In this document: positions 51,831 through 61,922 of the stretch, one piece after another
Layout of the letters: every line of letters begins with the position of its first letter
How positions within the stretch are numbered: position 1 is the stretch's first letter
Assembly: GCA_965213705.1 (NCBI GenBank)
Contig: OZ243913.1
Span: forward strand, 1,760,001-1,824,000
DNA: 64,000 nucleotides
Origin: Trueperaceae bacterium
GTDB lineage: Bacteria > Deinococcota > Deinococci > Deinococcales > Trueperaceae
Direction: 5' to 3'
Notes under the pieces: generated by a model
Database searches by the model: none
Told to the model about the DNA's origin: nothing
What the model saw: only the letters and a program-made list of their open reading frames with translations
Made by a program: the position numbers and the translations under genes

Positions 51831-52775
51831 GTGATTCTCGCGTTTAGCGGTGACCCGTTTTTAGCTCCTCGAGCGGCGCAACGCGCCCTCAAAGCCCGAG
51901 GCTTTCACGCCGAGGAGGTGACCGAACTCGGCGAAGGCATGACGGCGGGCGAAGTCGCGCAACTTGCCGCGCAGTCGGGTTTGTTCGGGCAAACGGCGCT
52001 GCTGCTCGACTTAGACGCGGCCTTTAAGGGTCAGGGCGGCGTCAAGCCACGCAACGACGTCCTCAAGGTTTTGGAAACGGTGCCCGCCGAGACGTTTTTG
52101 GTCGTGATTGACTTAGGCGCGACGGCCGCGCGGCAAAAAACCTACAAGGCTTTGGGTGAACACAGCGCTCACCCGACGCCCCGTTTCGACGCGCTCACGC
52201 ACTGGATACGCCAAGAACTCAGCGAAGCGGGGCTGCGGTTTGAAAAAGACGTGCCGCAAACCCTCGCCGACCTGTTCGGCGAGGACCTGCCCGGCATCGC
52301 CAGCGAGGTGCAAAAGTTGGCAGCGCTGGACGAAGAACTCTCACCGGACCGCGTCCGCGAGGTTGCAAACCGCCCGGCGGCCCGCGACGCTTTCGACTTT
52401 ATCGAGGCGACGGCCCAGGGCGACGCGGGCGCGGCGCTGCTGGTTTGCAGGAGCCTGCTCGCCCAGGGCGACGCGCCGCCGCGCGTGCTGGGCGCGCTCA
52501 CCTGGCAGTACGGCCTCGTCGCGCGCTGCGTCGGTCTGCGCGAAGGTCGGGCTCGAGTCGACCCCGCTTTGGTCACCCATACCCTCAAAGTCAAACCCTT
52601 CGTTGCCAAAAAAGCTCTGTCTATCGCCCAAAAGCTCGACGAGGCGAGCCTCAAAAAAGTCCTTACCGCTATCTTGGACGCCGACGTGGCGATGAAGACG
52701 GGCAAAGACGAAAACTGGGCGTTGGAGGCTTTGGCCGTCACGTTGTCGGGCTTTTTTAAGCTTGTCCAACGCTGA
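51831..52775 (+). CDS. holA: DNA polymerase III delta subunit
   Basis: FSGDPFL, QSGLFG, SEVQKL, PFVAKK, DVAMKTG. Confidence 0.85.
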   Translation: MILAFSGDPFLAPRAAQRALKARGFHAEEVTELGEGMTAGEVAQLAAQSGLFGQTALLLDLDAAFKGQGGVKPRNDVLKVLETVPAETFLVVIDLGATAARQKTYKALGEHSAHPTPRFDALTHWIRQELSEAGLRFEKDVPQTLADLFGEDLPGIASEVQKLAALDEELSPDRVREVANRPAARDAFDFIEATAQGDAGAALLVCRSLLAQGDAPPRVLGALTWQYGLVARCVGLREGRARVDPALVTHTLKVKPFVAKKALSIAQKLDEASLKKVLTAILDADVAMKTGKDENWALEALAVTLSGFFKLVQR

Positions 52776-52840
52776 ACCCGGCCGACCCTCGGATTTCTCG
52801 CGTCCGGTTCGTCTCCAGGGCGAGCTATACTTGCGAAGGT

Positions 52841-53341
52841 TCAGAAATTTTCGTCGTCCCACAGGTCGGCTTTTGACAGCGCTTCTTTCACCACGTCGCC
52901 GGTAAAGCCGCGCCGCGCCAAGTAAGCGTAGGCCTTGGCGCGGTTTTTGCGGGGGTCGTCCTTTTGAAAGCGCCAAGCGTTTTTCTCGAGCAATACTGTC
53001 GCCGCCTCGACTTGGCCCGCCAGCTCCAAGGGCTCCAAAGTTTTGTCGACAACCTCTTCCGCTACGCCCTTTTGGTACAGGTCGCGGCGCAGGGCAATGC
53101 GGCCCTTTTGTTTTTGGCGGCTGCGCACGTAGGCTTCGGCGAACGCTTCGTCGTCGACGAAGTGCAAGTCCTCGAGTCTCAGCATCACCCGCTCGACGAC
53201 CTCGGCTTCGGCCTCTTTTTTGACGAGCTTTTCGCGTAGCTGCGCTCTCGTGTAAGACTTGCGGCCCAGCAACCACAAGACGTAGTTCCAACTGCGTTCG
53301 TAGGTGTAGGGCTTGCTCGGTTTGCGCTTTTGCCAGGCCAC
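52841..53341 (-). CDS. recX: Regulatory protein RecX
   Basis: LLGRKSYT..LREKL, VDDEAFAE, L.QKGV, YLARRGF. Confidence 0.9.
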   Translation of the reverse strand: MAWQKRKPSKPYTYERSWNYVLWLLGRKSYTRAQLREKLVKKEAEAEVVERVMLRLEDLHFVDDEAFAEAYVRSRQKQKGRIALRRDLYQKGVAEEVVDKTLEPLELAGQVEAATVLLEKNAWRFQKDDPRKNRAKAYAYLARRGFTGDVVKEALSKADLWDDENF

Positions 53342-53403
53342 ATGTCCATTTTACCGCGCGTACACCCGCCTTGAAACGTCCCAGGCTGCGTTATGCTGGG
53401 CGG

Positions 53404-54336
53404 GTGACGGTAGCGAAAGCATCTTTAGAGGAACGTTTTTTGGCGCAGGAGGAGCGCGCGCTGGCGCGGGCGATTACGCTGCTCGAGGCCGGCCGGGATG
53501 AGGGGCAAACCCTCCTTAAAAATGTCAGGGCGAGGGGCGGGCGCGCTCGAGTCGTCGGCGTGACGGGGTCGCCCGGCAGCGGCAAGAGCACCCTGGTCGA
53601 CAAGCTCATCGGCGTGGCGCGGGGGCGCGGTTTGAGGGTCGCCGTGGTCGCCATCGACCCGACGAGCCCCTACAGCGGCGGCGCGATTCTGGGCGACCGC
53701 ATCCGCATGGGTCGCTGGCACTTGGACGACCACGTCTTCATCCGCTCGATGGCGACGCGCGGGCACCTGGGCGGCCTCGCCGCGGCCAGCTTGCAGGTTG
53801 TGGCGCTCCTGGACGCTTTCGGCTTCGACCTGGTGTTTATCGAAACCGTGGGCGTCGGCCAGTCCGAGGTGGACGTTGTGAAGGTCGCGGACACCACGCT
53901 CCTCATCCTTACACCCGGCCAGGGCGACGGGGTGCAGGCGTTCAAGGCGGGCATCATGGAGATTGCCGACGTGTTCGCCATAAACAAGTTCGACTTACCC
54001 GGCGGGCCGCGCTTGAAGCGCGAAATCAAGGCAGCCCTGGAACTCGGCCACGCCCACGACGAGGACTGGTGGCCGCCGATTCAAGCGACGACGGCGTCGG
54101 AAGACGAGGGCGTCACCGAGCTGTTCGCGCAACTGGACGCACACTTCGACTACTTGGAAACGTCGGGCAAGTTGGCGGCGCGCAAGCGGGCGCGGGCGCG
54201 TTTTGAGATTACCGCCCTTCTCACCGAAGCCCTGCGGCACGCGCTGAGCGAGCGAGAAGACGCCTTTATCGACGCCGTGTTGCGCGGCGAAACGACGCCT
54301 GCCGAGGCCGTCAGGACGCTGCTCTCGAGCCTGTGA
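53404..54336 (+). CDS. meaB: Methylmalonyl-CoA mutase-associated GTPase
   Basis: LARAIT, GSPGSGKST, GGAILGDRIRM, ETVGVGQSE, NKFD. Confidence 0.93.
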   Translation: MTVAKASLEERFLAQEERALARAITLLEAGRDEGQTLLKNVRARGGRARVVGVTGSPGSGKSTLVDKLIGVARGRGLRVAVVAIDPTSPYSGGAILGDRIRMGRWHLDDHVFIRSMATRGHLGGLAAASLQVVALLDAFGFDLVFIETVGVGQSEVDVVKVADTTLLILTPGQGDGVQAFKAGIMEIADVFAINKFDLPGGPRLKREIKAALELGHAHDEDWWPPIQATTASEDEGVTELFAQLDAHFDYLETSGKLAARKRARARFEITALLTEALRHALSEREDAFIDAVLRGETTPAEAVRTLLSSL

Positions 54337-54340
54337 TTGA

Positions 54341-54883
<543 letters not shown>

Positions 54884-55020
54884 TTAAAGGCCGACGCCTC
54901 GGTCGGAGGTTGGGGCGAGGTGCGCGCGGCACCGGCCCGCTTTGCTCTAAAACGAGATGCTCTAAAACGAGACGAGGGGGGCGTCACGGCGGAGCTTCGA
55001 ACCCAGTTGGGAGGAAAACC

Positions 55021-55224
55021 ATGCCTTACGTCAACATCAAAATCACTCGAGAAGGTGCCACAGCGGCGCAAAAAGCGGCGCTCATCAAGGGGACGACGCA
55101 ACTTTTGGCCGACATCCTCGGCAAAAATCCCGCGACGACCGTGGTGGTCATCGAAGAAGTCGACACCGACAACTGGGGCATCGCCGGCGAAACGGTGACC
55201 GAAAGGCGCAACCAGGGCCGTTAG
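55021..55224 (+). CDS. 4-oxalocrotonate tautomerase family protein
   Basis: Pro-1 (MPYVNIK), QKAALI, NWGIAG; RBS GGAGG. Confidence 0.92.
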   Translation: MPYVNIKITREGATAAQKAALIKGTTQLLADILGKNPATTVVVIEEVDTDNWGIAGETVTERRNQGR

Positions 55225-55601
55225 CTGTCGTTTTGAGCTGGATGGGCCTCGAGCACGACCACCGCCGCCGCGTAGTTGCGTTCGTTGGTAAGGCTCAAGT
55301 GGGCGCTCAAGTTGCGCCGCGTCATTTCGGCGGCGATGGCTTCGGCAAAGTGGAGTTTGGGCTTGACGCCGTCCATCTCGACCCACACGTCTTGCCAACC
55401 GTGGTTTTCGAACCAGCATTTTTGAAACGCCTCTTTGGCCGCAAAACGCGCGCCGATTGACGGCAGCGGGTCGGCCTTGGCGCGACAATAGAGAATTTCT
55501 TCGGGTGTGAAGTGCCGGTACAACAGCCGCTCCGGGTGGCGCTGCCAGATGTCTTTGATGCGCTTGAGTTCGACGATGTCGATGCCGACGGCGACAATCA
55601 C
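55221..55601 (-). CDS. acpS: Holo-ACP synthase (4'-phosphopantetheinyl transferase)
   Basis: VGIDIVE, ARFAAKEAFQK, HLSLT. Confidence 0.92.
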   Translation of the reverse strand: MIVAVGIDIVELKRIKDIWQRHPERLLYRHFTPEEILYCRAKADPLPSIGARFAAKEAFQKCWFENHGWQDVWVEMDGVKPKLHFAEAIAAEMTRRNLSAHLSLTNERNYAAAVVVLEAHPAQNDS

Positions 55602-56302
55602 GGCGTAAGTCTCGAAGGCGGTGCCCGGAACGTGAGCACCTCGTCGGCGGTGGCTATGTAAGCGAGTGCGGCCATGCCCAAGAATAACCCGTGTTCGACG
55701 ACGCCGGGCACCCCCGACAAGGCGGCGGCGAGCGCGTACACGTCGTGTCGTCGCTCGGTGTAGCAGTCCAGGATGTAGTTGCCGTTGTCGGTCACAAAGG
55801 CTTGTCCCTCTGCCTCGCGGCGGCTCGGGCGGCAACCCAACGCGCCGAGGTGTTTGGCCGTCGCCTGCCAGGCGAAAACTACCACTTCGACCGGAACGGG
55901 GGCGCGCTCGCCCAGGTAAGCGACGCGCTTCGTTTCGTCGCCGACGAGGATGAGGGTGGCGGCGCAGGTCTCGACGATTTTCTCGCGCGTGAGCGCGCCG
56001 CCCAATCCTTTGACGGCGTTCAGGTGCGGGTCGAGTTCGTCCATGCCGTCGATGGCTAAGTCGAGGCTTTGGCCGGTGAACTCGAGCACCGGAATACCGC
56101 AACGCGTCGCCAGCGCGCCACTCGCCTCGGAGGTGACGACCGCGCGCACGCCGCGCACGCGCCCCTCGGCCAGCGCCGCGCCCAGCCCCTCTATCGCGTA
56201 CCTGGCCGTGCTGCCCGTACCGAGGCCGACGAGCATCCCGCTTTCGACGTGGTTCAGGGCGGTCAGCGCCGCCCGTTTTTTGAGGGTTTCCAAGTCGGCC
56301 AT
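55598..56302 (-). CDS. rpiA: Ribose-5-phosphate isomerase A
   Basis: GLGTGST, IDGMDE, KGLGGALTREK, TDNGN, GVVEHGLF. Confidence 0.95.
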   Translation of the reverse strand: MADLETLKKRAALTALNHVESGMLVGLGTGSTARYAIEGLGAALAEGRVRGVRAVVTSEASGALATRCGIPVLEFTGQSLDLAIDGMDELDPHLNAVKGLGGALTREKIVETCAATLILVGDETKRVAYLGERAPVPVEVVVFAWQATAKHLGALGCRPSRREAEGQAFVTDNGNYILDCYTERRHDVYALAAALSGVPGVVEHGLFLGMAALAYIATADEVLTFRAPPSRLTP

Positions 56303-56310
56303 TTTGAGTC

Positions 56311-56772
56311 TCAGGCTTTGAGGTCCAGCAACTTTTGGCGTACCGCGTCGGCGTGGCCTTCGGCCTTGACGTCGTACATCGCCTCGGCCACGTCTCCTTC
56401 GGGGTCGATGATAAAGGTCGCGCGCAACACGCCCTCGTAGGTCTTGCCGGAAAAGGTTTTCTCGCCGTACGCGCCGTAGGCCTTGGCGACCGCCGCGTCT
56501 TCGTCGACAGCCAAGGGAAAAGGGAGGCTGTACTTCGCCTCGAACTTGCCGTGGGACTTTAAGTTGTCCGCGGACACCCCGACGACGTGCGCGCCCAAGC
56601 CCGGCAGCGCGTCGCGGAACTCGCACGCCTCTTTGGTGCAGCCGGGCGTGTCGTCTTTGGGATAAAAGTAGAGCACCACCCACTCGCCCGCGTAGGCTTT
56701 GAGGTCTTGGGTACCTTGGGTAGACTCGAGTTCGAACGGCGGCGCTTTGTCCCCTGCTGTTAAGGTTGCCAT
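56311..56772 (-). CDS. bcp: Thioredoxin-dependent peroxiredoxin Bcp
   Basis: YFYPKDDTPGCTKEACEFRD. Confidence 0.93.
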   Translation of the reverse strand: MATLTAGDKAPPFELESTQGTQDLKAYAGEWVVLYFYPKDDTPGCTKEACEFRDALPGLGAHVVGVSADNLKSHGKFEAKYSLPFPLAVDEDAAVAKAYGAYGEKTFSGKTYEGVLRATFIIDPEGDVAEAMYDVKAEGHADAVRQKLLDLKA

Positions 56773-56907
56773 GCTGCAGTTTAACAAACAGTCCGGCAAA
56801 AAGCGTCCAGCGACCGAGGTTTTGCGCGCAGGGGCTTTGCGTGCAGGGGTTGCGGGCACTTTGGGCGTCGTCACGTTTCGCCCTCAACGAACGCACGCGT
56901 TACACTT

Positions 56908-57498
56908 ATGAACGTGGTCTCTTCTTCAAACATACGCGTCGTCCTCGCCAGCGGCTCCCCGCGGCGGCGAGAGTTGTTGCGGGGCTTGAACGTGGTGTTT
57001 GACGTCGTTCCCGCCGACGTCGACGAAACGGCGGTGCCGGGTGAGACGCCCGAAGCGCTCGTCGAGCGACTGAGCCTGGCGAAAGCCGAGGCGGTCGCGG
57101 TCGCACACGCCGGCGCGCTCATTATCGCCGCCGACACGGTCGTCGCGCTGGACGGTGACATACTGGGCAAACCGAGGGATGCAGCGGAGAACGAACACTT
57201 TATAAGGCGCTTGGCCGACCGAACCCACCACGTACACACCGGGCACGCGCTCGTCTACCGGGGACGTGTCGACGTGACGGTGAAATGCACTGAAGTTACG
57301 TTCCGCGCCCTGAGCGAACAAGAAGTCGAGGCTTATGTAGCGACCGGCGAAGGCCTGGACAAGGCCGGGGGCTACGCTATTCAAGGCTACGGGGCGGCCC
57401 TGGTTCCTCACCTAAAGGGTTGCTATTTCAACGTGGTCGGTTTGAGTGTGGCGACCCTGGTCGAACGGGCCGCCGCGTTGGGCGTGCGACTTGTCTAG
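56908..57498 (+). CDS. maf: Maf nucleotide pyrophosphatase
   Basis: LASGSPRRRELL, ADTVV, DKAGGYAIQ, NVVGL. Confidence 0.94.
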   Translation: MNVVSSSNIRVVLASGSPRRRELLRGLNVVFDVVPADVDETAVPGETPEALVERLSLAKAEAVAVAHAGALIIAADTVVALDGDILGKPRDAAENEHFIRRLADRTHHVHTGHALVYRGRVDVTVKCTEVTFRALSEQEVEAYVATGEGLDKAGGYAIQGYGAALVPHLKGCYFNVVGLSVATLVERAAALGVRLV

Positions 57499-58273
57499 CT
57501 TGCTGCGCGCTTGGTACGTGTTTTTGGCCCTGGGGCTGGTCACTTTTATGTTTACCGCTTTTATCGGCCGGGTACCCTACGTCCTGACGAGCGCCGTTGC
57601 GCCGCCGACGCAGCTTTTTTACCGGGTGGGTGTGTCGCTGCGCGACGCCGCCGCGAGCGTGGTCGACCGCCGTGACTTGCGCACCGAAAACGCCACCCTG
57701 AGCGCGCGTTTGGCGGCTTTGCAAACTCGGAACCGGGCGCTCGAGATAGACGTACAGCGGCTGCAAGACCTCTTGAAAGTGCGTGAGGTGCAGAGTCCGG
57801 GCGCGGTGTTGAGCGCTCCGGTGCTGGAGGTGAGTCCGAGCCCGCTCGTGCGGCGCGTAACCCTGGCGAAGGGTTCGGCCGCCGGGGTGGTGCCGAACAT
57901 GCCCGCGACCACCCCGGTTGGTTTGGTCGGCATCGTGACCGACGTGAGCGCGGGGCGGGCCACGGTGCGCGCCGTCACCGACCCCGAGTCGGCGGTCGGG
58001 GTAACGGTGCGCGGTGGCGGTGGGCAAGGTGTCGCGGTGGGCATTCCGGGCGGTTTGGTCCGGGTCGAGGGTTTCAAAGAAGACGAGCCGGTCAAGGTCG
58101 GCGACACGGTCGAGACCAACAGTCGTGGCGGCTTTTTCCCGCGCGGGATTACGGTGGGTACCGTTGTCGAGGTGCCTCCCAGGGACCCCAACGGTCTACG
58201 CATTCAGTTCACCGTGCGCCCGGCGGTCGACGCGACCTTGCTGACCGACGTCGTGCTGCTCGAGCCCCTATAG
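57491..58273 (+). CDS. mreC: Rod shape-determining protein MreC
   Basis: N-terminal TM, coiled coil, GLVG.V, VGD.V.T...GG.FP.GI.VG.V; follows maf. Confidence 0.88.
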   Translation: MSSLLRAWYVFLALGLVTFMFTAFIGRVPYVLTSAVAPPTQLFYRVGVSLRDAAASVVDRRDLRTENATLSARLAALQTRNRALEIDVQRLQDLLKVREVQSPGAVLSAPVLEVSPSPLVRRVTLAKGSAAGVVPNMPATTPVGLVGIVTDVSAGRATVRAVTDPESAVGVTVRGGGGQGVAVGIPGGLVRVEGFKEDEPVKVGDTVETNSRGGFFPRGITVGTVVEVPPRDPNGLRIQFTVRPAVDATLLTDVVLLEPL

Positions 58274-58579
58274 AAACTCCTGTAACGAGCACCCCGTAAC
58301 GAATGCCCCACAACAAACAGTGTTTCCACTCAACACCGAGACGCAGAGCCGAGACGACCGCACCGAAACGACCGAACGGGCAGCCTCGTTTTCGCGTCCG
58401 CCTGCGCGGGTTTGAAAAGCGCCGCAAGCGCGTAAAGGTGCTCCGGGCTCAAAAAGTAGCTGCGAGGTTCGGTTTACGCTTCACCTTATTCTCGCTCGCC
58501 GGCCTTTTTACGCTGGAGCCTGTTTACACCGAAGCAACTTTTCACAAAACGTTCAGTTGTCAGGCTGTAAGCTGTAGCC

Positions 58580-59653
58580 GTGGAGGACGCAGCCCCCGCT
58601 CGAGGCTCTTTGACGGACGGTGTCAGGTGGCGGACCTACCAGCTTATCTTCGTCGTGACCGCGGTAGGTATGGTGCCTTTGATAGTGGCAGGCCAGGACT
58701 ACCGCTGGGAGACGGTCGGCGTCCTCGTCTTTGTGTGTGTGGGCTTCTCGGGGTTGGCCGTGGCTCAGGGCGTGGTGCGCCGGGTATCGTTTTTTATCGA
58801 GCGGTTCGGGTTGGCGCTGGCGGTGTCGCTCTACCTCGCTCGTTACGTGCAGGTCTTGAGCGGCGTCGCCGCGGGTCGTTACCCGAGCGAGGCCTTGGCC
58901 GACATGTTTCCCTGGGTCGCCGTCGTTCTTACCGCCGTCTTCGTCGTGCTGCCCTTGAACCGGGCTTTGGTCTGGGCCGTTTTGCTGCTGGCTTTCGTTT
59001 CGGTCTTCGGCTTTGCCGTTTTGCCGAACGGCGAACCCGTCAAGGGGTTCGAGCCGATGGTCGACCTCACCGTGTCGGGGGCGGTGATGATTTTGCTCCT
59101 GTCGATGTTTCGCCGCCTCGTCGAAGCGGGCGCGCGCGCCGAGGCCAAGGCCGAGGCGCTGGCAGAACTCGCCAACCGCGACAGCCTGACCGGGCTCTAC
59201 AACCGGCGCTACCTGGACCAAAAGCTCGCTGAGGAGTTCAAACGGGCGACTCGCTACGGCCGTCCTTTGAGCGTGGCGGTCTGCGATATCGACCGTTTCA
59301 AAAGTGTGAACGACCGCTTGTCGCACTCTGTCGGCGACCGTACCCTGCAACAGGTCGCCCGGCTCATCCGCGCCAACACCCGCGACGTCGACGTCGCGGC
59401 GCGTTACGGCGGTGAAGAGTTCGTTATTCTTTTTGTCGAGACGCCCAAACCCGACGCCGTGCAGATTTGCAACGTGCTGTGCGAGCTTATCGAGGCTTAC
59501 GCTTGGCACGAACTGCACCCCGACCTGGCGGTGACCGTCAGCATCGGCGTGGCCGCCGAGACGAACCCCGAGAACTTTGAGAAGTTGTTGCACCGCGCCG
59601 ACCTCAACTTGTACGAGGCCAAACGGCGGGGCAGAAACCGTGTGGTCCATTGA
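58580..59653 (+). CDS. Membrane-bound diguanylate cyclase
   Basis: TM helices; DSLTGLYNRR, RDVD I-site, RYGGEEF. Confidence 0.9.
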   Translation: MEDAAPARGSLTDGVRWRTYQLIFVVTAVGMVPLIVAGQDYRWETVGVLVFVCVGFSGLAVAQGVVRRVSFFIERFGLALAVSLYLARYVQVLSGVAAGRYPSEALADMFPWVAVVLTAVFVVLPLNRALVWAVLLLAFVSVFGFAVLPNGEPVKGFEPMVDLTVSGAVMILLLSMFRRLVEAGARAEAKAEALAELANRDSLTGLYNRRYLDQKLAEEFKRATRYGRPLSVAVCDIDRFKSVNDRLSHSVGDRTLQQVARLIRANTRDVDVAARYGGEEFVILFVETPKPDAVQICNVLCELIEAYAWHELHPDLAVTVSIGVAAETNPENFEKLLHRADLNLYEAKRRGRNRVVH

Positions 59654-59771
59654 GCTGGTCCGTTAAACTCTCGGGCGCCGCAGGCGACCGTGAGGCCGGC
59701 TCGCGTCACCTGGACTTGAAACTAAGGTTGCCGAGCGGTGTAGAACTGCTCGAGAAAGGCGGGCCTGAACC

Positions 59772-60467
59772 GTGCGCGTAATCGTCTTCGACGTCAACGA
59801 AACCCTCCTCGACTTAAAAGCGCTCACGCCCGATTTCGCCCGGGTGTTCGGCGCGGGTGAAGCGGCCCAAACCTGGTTCGCGCAACTCCTGCAAAACGCC
59901 CTCGTCGCCACGGTGACCACGACCTATCGCGACTTCGGCGTGCTGGCAGGAGCGGCCCTCGGCACGTTGGCGGAGCAACGCGGCGTGTCGCTGCCGGACG
60001 CGGACAAAAACGCCATCTTGGAGAAGCTGCGCCACTTGCCGCCCCACGACGACGTGCGACCGAGTTTGGAGCGTCTACGCGCGGCGGGTTTTCGCCTGGC
60101 GGCGCTCACCAACTCGCCCTACCGCACCTTGCACGAGCAGCTTGCCAACGCCGGTCTGCGCGACTTGTTCGACGCTACTTTGTCGGTCGACGAGGTCGGG
60201 CTGTTCAAACCTCACCGGAAGGTTTACGAGATGGCGGCGGACCAGCTCGGCGTGGAGCTTGGGAACATCCGCATGGTCGCGGCGCACGCCTGGGACACTA
60301 CCGGGGCGATTCGGGCGGGCTGCAAGGCCGCTTTTTTGGCGCGGCCCGGCAAGGTGTTGGGCGCGTCCGACGAACAACCCGACATCGTCGCCGACACGCT
60401 TTTTGCCGTAGTAGACCGAATTGCCGAGCTGGGCGCGCTCGAGCGCGCCCAGCCGGTCACGCTTTAA
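59772..60467 (+). CDS. Haloacid dehalogenase type II
   Basis: FDVNETLLD, LTNS, FKP, AAHAWD. Confidence 0.9.
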   Translation: MRVIVFDVNETLLDLKALTPDFARVFGAGEAAQTWFAQLLQNALVATVTTTYRDFGVLAGAALGTLAEQRGVSLPDADKNAILEKLRHLPPHDDVRPSLERLRAAGFRLAALTNSPYRTLHEQLANAGLRDLFDATLSVDEVGLFKPHRKVYEMAADQLGVELGNIRMVAAHAWDTTGAIRAGCKAAFLARPGKVLGASDEQPDIVADTLFAVVDRIAELGALERAQPVTL

Positions 60468-60786
60468 AAAGCGTTCAGCTGTCGAAGACTTACTTTCCCA
60501 GGCTGTTAGCGCGGCTTTGAGAGCGGCGTGAAAGGACCTTGTCCCGAGCGATACGTCGTGAGGCTGAGAAGACCTGCTGCGAAACGACTTCGAGTCGGAG
60601 GTGTGCGGCCCCTCTCCGACGGCTAAGGACGGGTTTTTGCAGGTTCGACGTCAAGAGTTGTCTTCGCCACTGCCAAATTCCGTTGTTAAAATGGCGTCGG
60701 GTATCATGCAAGTCGGGTTGGGGCTGTCCCGACCCGGTTGCGACCGAGAAAAAGGTGTGAGAACGAAAAAACGTAAGGAGCCAAGC

Positions 60787-61185
60787 GTGGGCATACAAGT
60801 ACAAGTCAACCAGACCGGGCCGACGAGTTCGGAAAGCCTCATTCGGGACCACACGGTGCCCGTCGACCGCCCCGAGGCCAAGGGCGGCGCGGACACGGGC
60901 GCGATGGGCGGCGAGTTGCTGCTGGCGTCTTTGGGCGGCTGTTTCATGAGCACGCTGCTCGCGGCCGTGCAGGCTCGAGCCGCCGACGTGAACAACGTCC
61001 GCGTACAAGTCGAGGGAACTTTGGACGGCAATCCGTCACGCTTTACCGCCATTCACATGACGGTCGCTGCCGACGCGGGCGACAAGGCGCAGTTGGAGAA
61101 GCTGGTCACCATCGCGGAACGTTCTTGCATCGTCGCCAACACGCTCAAAGACGCGCTCGAGTTGTCCGTTACGCTTGACAACTGA
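60787..61185 (+). CDS. OsmC-family protein
   Basis: DRP...GG.D.G, LLASLGGC, SCIVANTL; RBS AAGGAG. Confidence 0.88.
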   Translation: MGIQVQVNQTGPTSSESLIRDHTVPVDRPEAKGGADTGAMGGELLLASLGGCFMSTLLAAVQARAADVNNVRVQVEGTLDGNPSRFTAIHMTVAADAGDKAQLEKLVTIAERSCIVANTLKDALELSVTLDN

Positions 61186-61307
61186 GCGACGTTCTCACCG
61201 TGTTCAGGTTTGGCAAGATGCCCGGGTTCGAGCTTGCGAGAAGGTCACAGGGGGGATAGGGGCGCGGGTCCGGGCGCGGCGCACCTGCAAATTATGTCGG
61301 GTCGTAC

Positions 61308-61919
61308 ATGTTGAACTTTATCGAGTCCACCCTCAACGCGCTCGGTCACCCGGGTATCGCTTTTTTGATGTTTCTGGAGAATGTTTTCCCGCCTATCCCT
61401 TCCGAAATCATCATGCCGCTGGCGGGTTTCACCGCCGCGTCGGGCGAGTTGTGGTGGTGGGGGGTTGTCGTAGCGGGCACACTGGGTTCACTTTTGGGTC
61501 AGCTACCGCTTTACTACCTGGGCCGGTTCGTCAACGAAAAACGTCTCAAGGGTTGGGCGGACCGTTACGGCAAGTGGCTCGGCCTGACGAGCGACGACGT
61601 CGCCAAGGCCGACGCCTGGTTCGGCCGCCACGGACCCAAAGCGGTGCTGTTTTGCCGCCTGATTCCGGGCGTGCGCTCGCTCATCTCGGTGCCGGCCGGG
61701 ATGAGCGGCATGTCGCTCTTGCCTTTTTTGCTCTACACCTTGGTCGGGACGGCGGTCTGGACGGCGCTGCTCGCCTTTCTGGGCCGCCTGCTCGGGCAAA
61801 ACTACACGGCGGTCGAAAGCTACTTGGGTCCGGTCAGTTACGTCGTTTTGGGCGCGGTCGCGCTGGCCGCCGTTTTTTGGGTGCTGCGCCGCCGAGCGCA
61901 ACGCACCGGGTCGGAGTGA
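61308..61919 (+). CDS. DedA-family membrane protein
   Basis: LENVFPPIPSE, RLIPGVRSLISVPAG. Confidence 0.92.
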   Translation: MLNFIESTLNALGHPGIAFLMFLENVFPPIPSEIIMPLAGFTAASGELWWWGVVVAGTLGSLLGQLPLYYLGRFVNEKRLKGWADRYGKWLGLTSDDVAKADAWFGRHGPKAVLFCRLIPGVRSLISVPAGMSGMSLLPFLLYTLVGTAVWTALLAFLGRLLGQNYTAVESYLGPVSYVVLGAVALAAVFWVLRRRAQRTGSE

Positions 61920-61922
61920 GCT

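Noticed and set aside
55598..56896. 432-aa and 293-aa minus-strand ORFs suggesting fusions
   Set aside because: Spurious upstream extensions of rpiA and acpS overlapping neighbouring genes.
57491..58273. mreC without adjacent mreB or mreD
   Set aside because: Cannot be judged from one window; the partners may lie elsewhere.
58303..59650. Long overlapping alternate-frame and antisense ORFs here and elsewhere
   Set aside because: Expected shadows in GC-rich coding DNA.
60570..60585. AGACCTGCTGCGAAAC resembles, from memory, an IS5-family end
   Set aside because: No inverted partner or transposase seen; unverifiable.
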